From Pseudovirgaria hyperparasitica (Eukaryota): a stretch of DNA of 32,236 bases. Each line of letters begins with the position of its first letter. The stretch's first letter is position 1. The stretch is from the NCBI GenBank assembly GCA_010093815.1, contig ML996571.1; one strand, given 5' to 3'. A program made the position numbers and the translations under genes. Positions 1 to 11,300 of this stretch are shown in pieces. Under the pieces are notes generated by a model that was not told where the DNA came from, ran no database searches, and worked only from the letters and a program-made list of their open reading frames with translations.

Positions 1-2071
1 CAACACACGCAGGCTGGTTTCTCCGCTGGCTTACCGTACATGCAGTTCCACATGAACGCTCACAGTCTACGGAGTGGCCACTTAGGCAGTCGGACAGGTC
101 CTGGTATCAGCATCGTCATCGAGATCATCACCAGGACCAACGACCGGGGCAGCACATCTACCGCCTCCGTCGTGAACGGTGAACGCCTCGATATCATGAG
201 ACCACGATTTCTGACAGCGCGAGAGGCGCCGTTTGAGTCACAGCTTTTGATGTTTCTTCGCTTGATACTCCCTGTATGTGTGCCTTTGACGTGCGCACTC
301 ACTGATATTGATCAAATGACACCTTTCAGCCATGCCACGATGGTTGTCCTCGTGCCTGCTCATGGAGTCGTGTGGTGTCAGCCGTTCCATTTTGCATGAT
401 ACAAGCATTGCTTATTCCTGGCCATTCTGCTTTCTCGGGTCGAACGCCAGCGGTCTGGTCGGTGATACGAGCCATGCGTAGCACTTGGCTCAATAATGGT
501 ACTATGTATACGGCAAGTAGACGACAGCACACAATGCAGATGCACGTCGTGAACATTGGATGCATCGCTCTCAAGCTTTTCCGCCCTATGCATTTCAACA
601 GGCATATATCCCGTCCCGTCTACATAATGCTAATACCCAATACCGAGACACGTCGTCCGTTACTTGTTACTATGCTTTTGATGATATGTCAGATACGCCC
701 AGACGGCGATTCATGTGCTGAGAAATACGCCACCTGCTGTGTACTATACACTCCCGTTCATCATATCAACCAACTATTCAAGCCACGACCACAACTTGTC
801 TCGTGTGTGCAATCTCACCCCAAAAAGTCAATATATCATATATTTTGACTCGTAATCGTTAGCTGGAAAGTCTCAGCCCTCTGCCAACCATCTTGGCTAA
901 TGAGCTGGACTATGTTCTAAAAATTATCATTACCATTATTCTGTCGGCCGCCACACACACTTCAGCTTGCTGAGTTTCTCGTACAAAGGCTAACTTATGG
1001 ATCTGTTACGATGGTGGAGCGAGTGGACCTCATTGACCCCGTAGTTCCTGAGTGGAACCAAATGCCAATTGCTGCTTCGCGAACTGTACCTTGGAACGTC
1101 CTCTAGCTTTTGAAAGATCCGGTAACACCAGCCGCCAGCGCGAAGTGGGTGTGGGTATTGCGGACACCAGCGTATACCTCGCGTGCTCGACCCCGAAATT
1201 CTAAGCCACAGCCACAGATTATGAACTCATTCTTGACAAAAACTCCCGACGATGAGCGTCTAGGCCATGAACGACGGCCCAATATTTACGGCATGGCCGC
1301 CGCTGGCTCGCTCGGCATCTTGAGTGTGTTGAGTGGAGTTCGCTAGAAGTAAGGGCAACCATACCACGTTACGTTAGGGGTAAATAGAATTGACTATAGG
1401 GCTGGCACGCCGGACTGGATACAAGGGATACACTTAGGGCTGCTCGACAATGAATGTTAGTGGACGGACTGCTGCTGGGGACCCCCCTGGGCTTCAAAGC
1501 CTCGTGTTGGCAGTTGTTGCAGAGGCAGTTGCACATCCATCATGATCCCCAGGGATAGACACATCATCACTCACTTTGCATAGTCTTATTCGTTCACGTC
1601 AGGAAAATGGGCGACTCACAACAGCTGCTGCTGGACATCAGAAGTCCAGACGGTCATGCAACGAAACGCCTCTCATCACCACCTGAGTCCAGCCTCCAGT
1701 GCCTATGCAACTCTGATCATGTCCCCACCGTATGGCTTGCGCTTACTTACCTCTTCGGACCTTGCCAATGCCTCCCAATCGGGAAATGACAGGATCCGAT
1801 AACGAAGCCATGCCCGTTTCTTCGCTTGGCTGCCTGAGAGAAACTGATTCTTGACTTTGAGCCTAGACACTATACGGGCGATGGTCCGTCTGCTAAGGTT
1901 CTTATACACGCCCGCATCGCCCTGTTATCGATATATTCTTCATCTGTGGTTTTCGTCTTCATCTCCATCTTCACCTTCATCTGCCCCTTTTGTACCCTAC
2001 CCTTCATCACGCTCGTTGTCTTTCTTCGCTTTTTAGTTAGGTGTGGTTGTATTCCACACCACTCGTCGCTC

Positions 2072-4285
2072 ATGGCACGCTTCACCTTTGCAAGCCTGTG
2101 TCGCCGGGCTGTTGCACTCGCTTTCACTCTCCCAGCCCTCACAGCCGCTGCTACCGTAGACAGCACCATTCTCATCTTCGCCCGCGATGCAGCCTCAGCT
2201 TCCTCGGGCTATTCTGGTCTACAGGGCTACGGTATTCCCTACCAAACAGTCATTGTGCCATCAGCCGGTATCACACTACCAACCCTGAACTCTTCAACCA
2301 CAGCCGGCAATTACGGTGCCATCGTGGTGATTGGAGAAGTCAGCTACGACTATAGTGGCAGCTTCCGCAGCGCTCTCACCGACGCCCAGTGGGCTCAGCT
2401 ATACGCCTATCAGTCTTCCTTTGGAGTCCGCATGGTCCGACTCGACGTCTATCCTGGTCCCAACTTTGGTGCGACTGCCACTTCCGCGACCGCGGATGAC
2501 CAGCCCATTAGCATTAGCAACATGTCGGCTTTTGCAACTGCAAATCTCAAAGCGTACGCATCCGGTCCTTTCCTTGATTTGATCTATTGATTGATGTGCG
2601 GCTGGGATCTGATCCCTTGCACCCTTGGCTGCATGATCTGAGCGCCCGCATATAATCTATTCCTCGTGGTTGCGTCGAACGTGCACTGACATCAGAACAG
2701 GGGTGCCCAGATGAGTACGGCCGGTCTTTACCATTATCCAGCCTCGATCACGAATACCTCCCTGGCCACCGAGGTCGCCCAATTTGCGACCAGTTCTGGC
2801 CCGGCGACTGCAGCTGTGATCAACAACTTTGGTAGCAACCGACAGCAGATGGTATGGTTTCTGCCATTCGCAACCGAGTGGTCTGCTACGTCGAACTTCT
2901 TGCAGCACGCATGGATCCACTGGGCCACCCGAGGGTTGTACAGCGGGTTCCGCCGCATCTATTTCAGCACCCAGGTCGACGACATGTTCCTGGCCACCGA
3001 GTTGTACGAGCCGGCCGGGACTGAATTCCGCATACGCACCAGCGATCTGAACGGCATCAGGGACTGGATTCCCACAATAAATGCGAAGATGCCTGGAGGT
3101 TCGAGCTACATTCCCGAGATTGGTCACAATGGCAACGGAGATATCGAAGCTGCCGTGACTCTGGACTACAACAACAGTCCCGCCAAGTGTTCCCCTCAAG
3201 AAGCCATCGAGTACGATGAACAAGTCGACACCCCCCTCGAATTCAAGAAGAACCTTGGCAGCGGGACTGACATCTGGCCCGCTACCCCTACTGCCTACGC
3301 CTGGTCGCTGAACTGTGCCAAGCTCGATGCGCTCGAGCAGTGGTGGACAGTCGTCGCAAACCGAGACGCCTTTGCTCACGTTTCACACACCTTCTCGCAC
3401 TCCAGCTTGAACAACGCGACATTTGCCGACGCTAACAAGGAAATCACTTTCAACACGGCCTGGTTCCGGCAGATTGGTTTGTACTCGGCCAAGTACTTCT
3501 CCACCAAAGGTCTGATCCCGCCCGCCATCACGGGTCTGCACAACGGCGATGCCATCCGTGCCTGGATCCAGAACGGCATTACAAACGTCGTCGGAGACAA
3601 CACCCGGCCCGTCCTCCGCAACACCCAGAGCTCCTTCTGGCCCCTGACCTCGACCGTCAACGACAATGGCTACGCAGGGCTGAACATCATCCCGCGCTGG
3701 GCCACGACAATCTACTACAATTGCGACACACCCGACTGCACGCTGCACGAATGGATCAACACCTCCGGCGGCAGCGGCGACTTCCAGAACCTCCTTAAGG
3801 ATGCTCGCACCACAAACTCCCGCAACCTGCTTGGCCTGCACTGGGACCCCTTTATGTTCCACCAGGCCAACCTGCGCTACACTGACATGCCCTCCACCGT
3901 CGTCAACGGCGTCTCCCAGAAGCTCTCCCTAATCCAGATCTGGGTCGAGGTCGTCGTCAACGAGATGGCCCGTCTGACCAACTGGCCCATGATTACGCTC
4001 AAGCACGACGATCTCGGCGCCGCCTTCATTGCGCGCCAGACCCGCGATCAGTGCAGTCCAAAGATCAAATGGACCACCAGCACAGATGGCAAGACCATCA
4101 CCGGCGCCACCGTCACGACTACGAACAACCAGTGCGGCACAAAAGTTCCCGTCACCTTCCCCGGTAAAGTCACGAATACAAATGGCGCGACCACGGAGCA
4201 GGTTGGCGGCGATCCGCTCACGCTCTGGGTCACTATGTCTGGCGCTGCAAAATCCTTCACGCTGCAGACTCCCATTCCTGTCTAA
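2072..4285 (+). CDS. agd3: Secreted GAG deacetylase Agd3 (CBM87 + CE18 + C-terminal beta domain), ~688 aa; exons 2072-2553, 2701-4285
   Basis: Signal-peptide-like start MARFTFASLCRRAVALAFTLPALTAAA. Intron GTACGC..CACTGAC..AACAG (2554-2700) joins ORFs 1946-2590 and 2711-4285 in frame (ANLKA-GAQMSTAGLYHYPA). CE18 catalytic motifs STQVDDMFL and SHTFSH; also GHNGNGDIE, IPPAITGLHNGD, PRWATTIYYNCD, PFMFHQANL. Confidence 0.93.
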
Positions 4286-7269
4286 GCGAGGAATCGCAAT
4301 CGCGGATCCTGTCGTCGTTCTTTGCGTTTCACTTTTTCCGGGGGTTTTATTTTTACTACACATGCCATGTACATATTGGTCTCTCTTTTCGTATGACATC
4401 AGCCAGCCTAAATGACTCTGCATCCTCACAACAACAATCCATTTCCATATCCCAACTTCTATTACTTCCCTCATTTATTCGGTCTTTCAGTCATTCACTC
4501 ATCTTTATTTAATCTTAATTTGCGAGGAATGAAACATACCGGTTACATTCCAAGCAAACAAAAAAGCGAAGCATTCCAGTGGCGCACGTGTGTGTGTGCG
4601 TGCGGTGTAGTGTGGTGTGTTGTATCTATCTAGTCGGAGTAGGGGTAGTACACGGAACAGGAGTAGTAGCGAATCTTCATGACCGTAATGATGATATTGG
4701 GTATTGAATGCTATTCCGTGTGTTTCAATGTTGTGGCGACTTGATTGAGTGAATGTCTTGAGTTTATTGTTTTGTTTTGTCTTGTTTTAGGAGCAAGGTA
4801 TAATAAGACATACACGGACGAGGAACGTATATGGTGGAGAATGTGGTTGCTGGTGGGTGTTGGGGTAGGTGTGATGTGATCTGTTCTGCGGCTTTTGTGA
4901 TTGAATCTGCGTACTTTGGTCTGTGTAGTACTGCCTACGGTCTGTGATGTGCGGTGCGAGATGTGATTTGCTCTGCGGTCTGCGTTCCCAATTCTACGTC
5001 CTTATTACCGCCATGCAGACATACCCACGTTCTGACTGTCCCCTCTTAGTCCCACAATATACAAACAAACGCAGACGGGCACGCACAAAGTCCCCACAGA
5101 CAAACACAATTGCACACACCGCTACCTCAACTTACCACTCCCACGACCACTCCCACGACCACAATTACCACCACCAACTACCGCAATAAAATTCCGAGAG
5201 GACAGGAGAAATTCGATAACGCGCGGCTACATACATGCAGGCAGCATACGCACTGACGCATGCATCTTGATGGAAGGATCGATAAAGTACCTCGGAAAGT
5301 TCCGACCGAGGGTGGGCGGCTCGGTGTCGGTGTCGGAGTTAGGAGATTGTGGGATTGGGGAATGAGGAGGTGGATAGTGGACGGTGGATGTTTGTGGATT
5401 AAGTTGTGAATATTGTGAATCTTGAGTGTGGGCTTGTGGATGCGCATGCGCATATGTAAAGTCTGTCAGATTATGTATGATACTATAAATCATATATACC
5501 ACTCAACAGCTCAGGAATTCTATTGTGGCCACTGTGAGGTGTGATGCAAGAGCAACGCAATGTAATACAAATGCACTGCAATGTCGCGATATGTAACGCA
5601 TCAGCCATGTTTACGGCAATAATGTCCGATAGCGCAGCGCTATCGTTTTGATGATGTATCAATGAAGCAGCCAAAAGCCAAAAACCAAAAGACGACAGAA
5701 AAGAAAAGCAGAAAAAAACCCCAAGACAAAAAAGAAGAAAAAGGTGTATGCTGTCAGTGGATCCTGGCGGTATTGGGGCCCACCAACCAATCAGATTGTG
5801 TCTTGGTACTCCCAGATCTGTCTACCGCTGCCCTCGCCGCATCGTGTCGGAGCATGGCATGGCATCGCGTGCATGACGCAGGGCCTTTACGAGCAGGGGT
5901 CAGGGCGGTAGGATTGACAAAGAAAAAAGAGGAAAGCGGACAAATTTTTGCGTTCGGCCAGCGCGTGAGTCAAGTGCGTGTATGTGTGTTAATATCGTCA
6001 CTGTTTTCACCGATCAACTCGAGAATGCAAACGTCAGGAACCAGAAAAGTTACAGCGATAGCCGAATATTATGAATCTGCAATGACTCTCTGCTCGATAT
6101 TGGATTCAATGGGGCTACTGGAGATGAGGCTGATGAAGGGCCGTGATCCGGGTCAGCGGGCGCCTGGGCCGGCCTTCGATTGAGTGTGATCCGAGCATTT
6201 ATGGTGGGATGTGCAGAAAGTATGATATATTGCTACTAAACTCAGAATTTGCAAAAATGTGTGGATTCGTAATTGCGATGGTGGGGAGAAGTGAATTAAG
6301 GGGGGGATCCCTCCGCCTGAAGTGTGTTAGGGCGACGGCTAAGCGGCTTAGGAGGGACTTTCCAGTATGCCGGCGCTAAGAGGTGGAATGGAAGGGACGA
6401 TCTTGGGACTCGTACGCTAAGCCGGAGGTCATCCCCGCGAAGCCGCATTCTTTACCATACGGTTTCGGTTTTGATTTGGAATGCTTACATACGCAGTATT
6501 GTTTCGGCGTACGTGCACCCGGCCCTCGCCTGTCTCTCCTCGCTTTGTCGCATGTCAGAATTCTGCCAAACACTTCATTCACCCCTTACCCTACCCTCAC
6601 TTTCGCTCCCCCCTACCCCCCCCTCCCCTTCTCTTTCTTCAATCCCCACTTCTAAGACACCTTTCTAGGTTCCTTTCATGATCGACGGACCCGTCCTGCT
6701 CAAGGGTTCTCGCTGCACCTTGCTGCATATTCATGCACCTAAGTATCGAAATTTTGCTACGCGTGCCATGGAGCACGAATGTCGTGGCCGCTTCACAAAG
6801 GCCATGCTCTTGTCGGAGAAAATCATAGCCCCCGTCCCTGTAGGACGACGGTGGTACCAGAAATAGTAATTCCCGAATCATGGTCCATGGTTACGCCAAA
6901 GTAACCTTCGCGCCCGTCGGCAAAACCAGGCTCATCACGTGTTTCCGTGCGAAGTTCTAGACTTCCAAAGGTTCTCATTCAGACGAGTTTTGATGCTAAG
7001 CTGCATGCAGATGGATCGCTGCTGAGCCTCAAAGCTTCGTCCTCGCTCGCTGTGCCCCCTCCCCAGGTTCTCCGACCTCTACACGTCTTTACCACGATCT
7101 CAGGGCGGTTCCTGTGTCCATGATATCTTCTTCATAAAGTTCTCCTGGCTTTATACGCTCGGCTATGCATCTATAGCCCTTTCTTGTACACCCAGCAACT
7201 CCTTCCAAGGTTCATTCGTTTTCTTTCTTGTGTTCTTATATTCATATCCGTGCTTGTAGATCTTTTGTA

Positions 7270-8378
7270 ATGTCGTCTTCCCCTCCGCCAAAAGAGTTTG
7301 CCCAGCATGAGACTGCCGTTCGCGACGGCTGGTGGGCGCGAATGTCCAAACGGACAAAGATTCTCCTCGCCGCACTCATCGCGGTCATCATCATCGGTCT
7401 CGCAGTCGGCCTGGGTGTCGGTCTGACTGTCGGTGGTGGTAACGATGATGGCGACGGCAACTCTGGCGACGACTCGGGGCCCACCGGACCAGCTGCGACC
7501 TCTGGCCCTCGTCCCACCGGTGTATGGCAGCCCGCCGTAAACGCGAGCTGGCAGATCATCCTCCAAGCTCCGATCGAGCTGTCCAGCGACGCAACCAGTG
7601 TGACGCCGGACGTCGAAATCTATGACATCGATCTCTTCACCAATGATCAGGAGGTCTTCGACACGCTGCGACGACTGGGGAAGAAAATTATCTGCTACTT
7701 CAGCGCCGGTTCGTACGAGCCCGGTCGTCCCGACTCCGGCAATTTCGCAGACTCGGACAAGGGCAAGGAACTGGATGGCTGGCCGGGCGAGCATTGGCTG
7801 AATCTGTCGAGCGAGAATGTGCGCAACATCATGCAAAAGCGTATCCAGCTCGCGCATGACAAAGGGTGTGATGCAATTGACCCCGACAACGTCGATGGAT
7901 ATGTTTGTCTCCCCCAATAAACAGTGCGTAAATGACCAGACAAATGCTAATGCCCGTGTAGAACAACGACAATGGCCTCGACCTGACCCCAGACGACTCG
8001 GTCGCCTTCATGGAGTACCTCTCGTCTGTGTCACTCCCGCTCAACCTCTCCATGGGTCTCAAGAACGCCGGCGACATCATCGACCACGTCCTCAACATCA
8101 CTCACTTCTCTGTCAACGAGCAGTGTGTCCAGTACGCCGAGTGCGAACAGTTCTCTGCCTACATCAACGACACGAAGCCCGTCTTCCACATCGAATACCC
8201 CGACGATGTGACCTCGCTTTCGACGGATAAGCGCAATGGGTACTGCGAGGATCAAGGAGACGCAGCGTATAGCAACAATTTTAGCACGGTGCTGAAGAAC
8301 ATGAATCTTGATGGCTACGTCGATTACTGCAGCGGAATGTCCGCTACAACACCTTTGAACACGACCGGCTTGTCGTAG
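7270..8378 (+). CDS. ega3: Endo-alpha-1,4-galactosaminidase Ega3 (GH114), type II membrane-anchored, ~349 aa; exons 7270-7902, 7962-8378
   Basis: Basic patch then TM helix (KRTKILLAALIAVIIIGLAVGLGVGLTV) and Gly/Asp/Pro linker. GH114 motifs WQPAVNASWQIIL, ICYFSAGSYE, DGWPGEHWL, catalytic DPDNVDGY and NEQC, KPVFHIEY. Intron GTTTGT..GCTAAT..TAG (7903-7961) is frame-consistent. Confidence 0.93.
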
Positions 8379-11300
8379 GCTTCAATCCGCACTTTCTGGC
8401 ATGAATAATCTTCCTGACATGCTTCGTTCGCTTCATGTACCTATCTCCCTCTAACTCTCTAAACCTTTCTATCTTTCATCACATTTCCGTTTGTACACCT
8501 GCTCAAAAGCATCAGCAGCAGTACCATCAGCATAGTATAGCATAGCATAGCATCAACGGGGAATTCCGGGGTTCGGCGCTGAGGATATGGCTTGCGGTCC
8601 CGATATCAAACTGTTCTATATACCCCCTATGATCTATTCTCTCGAAGATCCATACCTCCTTTGAATGAATATAATTCTGATTTTTCCTCAATATCTATCA
8701 CCCGTTATCTCGAGACTCTGTACGTTGCGAAATCGGCTGCAGGAGACTTTCCATATCTTTCCTGTCGTGTTCATATACATGGGCCATCTCACCATGTTCT
8801 ATGCTATGTCACGCTTCAAATATCAAATCTCACAGCACGTCCCTCCATGTCTCATTTCACCACACTCCCTCTACCTCTTCACACTCTCCTTTATTAACAT
8901 CTAGCCTCATCTACGCTCATTCGAGAACATCCACATCTACAGCCACATTTCTCTCACCCCTCCCTCCCCCTCCCCCCTTCAACTTTCGTCCTTTGTTCTT
9001 CGCGCTTCTCGAACAATATACGTACCATGGTTCATGTGACAGGACTAGCTTCAATATACACGTACAACGCACGTGCGATGGCCACAAATAGCCACGCCAT
9101 AAGGGGGTATGAGTCTGGATGCAAGTATGAATAGTCTACCAGAAAGCATATCCAGTGCCATGTTGAGGCGTGTGGCGTACGTGGCTAAAGCATGCAACGT
9201 GTGGCGCGTCATGTGGAATGTGGCACGTGGCGCGAGGTGGAAATTACCGATGACCTCACTAGTAGTCCGGAGCACGGCCCGGATGACGGACATGAGGGGA
9301 GGGAAGGTGCAAAAGCCCGGTTCCGACGTTCGAGTTTCTCGTCGTCGTTGTTTCAATAATTTGGGCTGCGACTGGGCGATTGGGAGGGCCTGAGAGGTGG
9401 GTGGTTGATGGTTGTGTGGTTGTATGGCCGTCTGGAATGAACGCATGGATCGATCGATCGATGGGTCAGTCGAACAACTACTCCCGAAGTCTACCGCTTC
9501 AAAGTTCGCACCCAGAGTTCGAAAATCGAACATCTTCGGCAACGCATCTCGCATTACCAGGTACACCAGACCACACTACTCATCCATCGCACCAGATTTC
9601 GATACCGACGCTACACGGCACTTTGCATCGCGTTGATCCAGTCTTTCACCCCGCTCTCCCACTGCTGTTTCGCTGAGATCGATCGCGATCCAGCGGCTCT
9701 GCGGCTGTTGGTCGGTAGATGTACCGTGCCATGTGGTCGGGACGAGCGGCTGTCTTTACAGAGGGAGTTTGGGAGAGAGGAGGCGAGCTAGAATAAGGGA
9801 TGTGGATTTATGGGATCTGGTAATGGTGTGGGGTTTTGCTGGATGCGTACGTATGTTTGGATGGTACGATGCGACTGGTCGATCGGAGTAGGGAAGATCT
9901 CTCGTTGTGGAATTCTTCCGACTCAGAATGTAGGTAACTACCGTTCTGCCAGCAGTCTAGTATGATGCACCGCGAACAGGAACGACGGCAGGCAAGCAGA
10001 GAGGCAGGGGATCGATGATACAACACTATCTGATCATCAAAAAATGTCTCCTCTGCACTCGTGCTGTAGAATACACACAAAGGGGGGTCCAAGGTCCACC
10101 GTTGAATTGATTCCAGGTGTACAACAACCAAGTTTTGGCACACTGTGTCTTCGGTTAGCACGCTGACCTGATACCAGCATGATGATAAACCCAAACCCCA
10201 CCTGAACTCACATCCGACCGAAATTTGAAGTTGAGATCATCAAGGAGCACAACACAGCCTGGTTGTGGATGATACGTACACCACTGTCCTCGATGATCCC
10301 ATCTTAGAACATGCTAATCAACGTTGCACGCATACACGACGCACCACCCGTTCAGCTCGGCCGATCCATCACCATCCCCCCTTCTAGAGCTCGCTTGCCC
10401 ACCACAAAGTAGCACCATGACACTTATTCTCCGTCTGTGTATCCTAAGCCACATTTACGACAGACCAGAAGCACACAACAGGCCGGACGCGTACAGCGTC
10501 AAGTACGAGAACCCGAGCACGAACCATGTACCTCTTAAAGGGGGAATTCGCGTGCATGCTAAGAATCGGTACCTGAACTAACCCACTATTGACTCACTAA
10601 ATGATTACTTAACTAACAAACGAGCATTCGACGGCCTGAGGTTAAGGCATATAGTTTCAAGCTAGAGGGTAGGAAGTTCTCTTTTTTTGCGCTTGACGGT
10701 TCGACTGGATGAATAGCATGAACACTTGCTCCCGCGGGAATTAATTGGCCGTGTGGTAGGGCGTTGGATTTCGGCCTTGTTTTCTCTTCTCATCTTTCCT
10801 TGTCGGTGAGTTGGGAGTCCTGACTTTGTTGTTATCTTGTGGAGATTACACAGACGCAGATGAATGGTTCATTTGGCGATCGATGTACTTCGTAGATATC
10901 CCGTGCTTTGCGTGTGTTTTGTGTTATGCTCTGCCGGAGCGAGTTCGAGATATGATTGACTCTTCCTACAATTCATACACAATGAAGGCCACGGCGGGCT
11001 GCGAGCGGCGACGTCCAATGTTCAACACACCCAAAGCACGATATTCACATGCATCAATGCATGCGCGCATACAAATAGTACATGCAGACATACATCTATG
11101 CAGGTAGGCAAAGCAAGCGCCAATAGTCGCGCGCGCCACGCAGCATTATAGCAAAGCCACCAATCCCGCTTCCACCTACTTCTGCCAACTTGTCAATTAG
11201 TTCTGCGCGAAACGCCCCCTACGGACCTATAGCATTAATGCATCGTCTGCCTTTTTAACCTTCAGTACGATACATCTGACAAGAACGGTTTGCATGTGCT

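Noticed and set aside
1..848. ORFs at the window start and a minus-strand ATGTGGAACTGCATGTACG|GTAAGC as a possible gtb3 first exon
   Set aside because: No recognisable motif and too little sequence; cannot be assigned without upstream DNA.
1040..1150. CTGAG...GATCCGGTAACACCAGC resembling a TPP riboswitch
   Set aside because: Lacks the conserved ATACC/AACTTGAT core and any thiamine-gene context.
2590..2655. Hairpin (ATGTGCGG..CCGCATAT) with CTGA motifs in the agd3 intron as a possible box C/D snoRNA
   Set aside because: No canonical box C (RTGATGA) and no recognisable guide sequence.
2657..4474. Long antisense ORFs over agd3 (likewise over ega3, uge3 and the TF)
   Set aside because: Shadow ORFs caused by codon bias of the real genes.
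5662..6183. 173-aa Lys-rich ORF
   Set aside because: The Lys-rich start derives from an A-rich low-complexity tract; the rest has no protein-like features.
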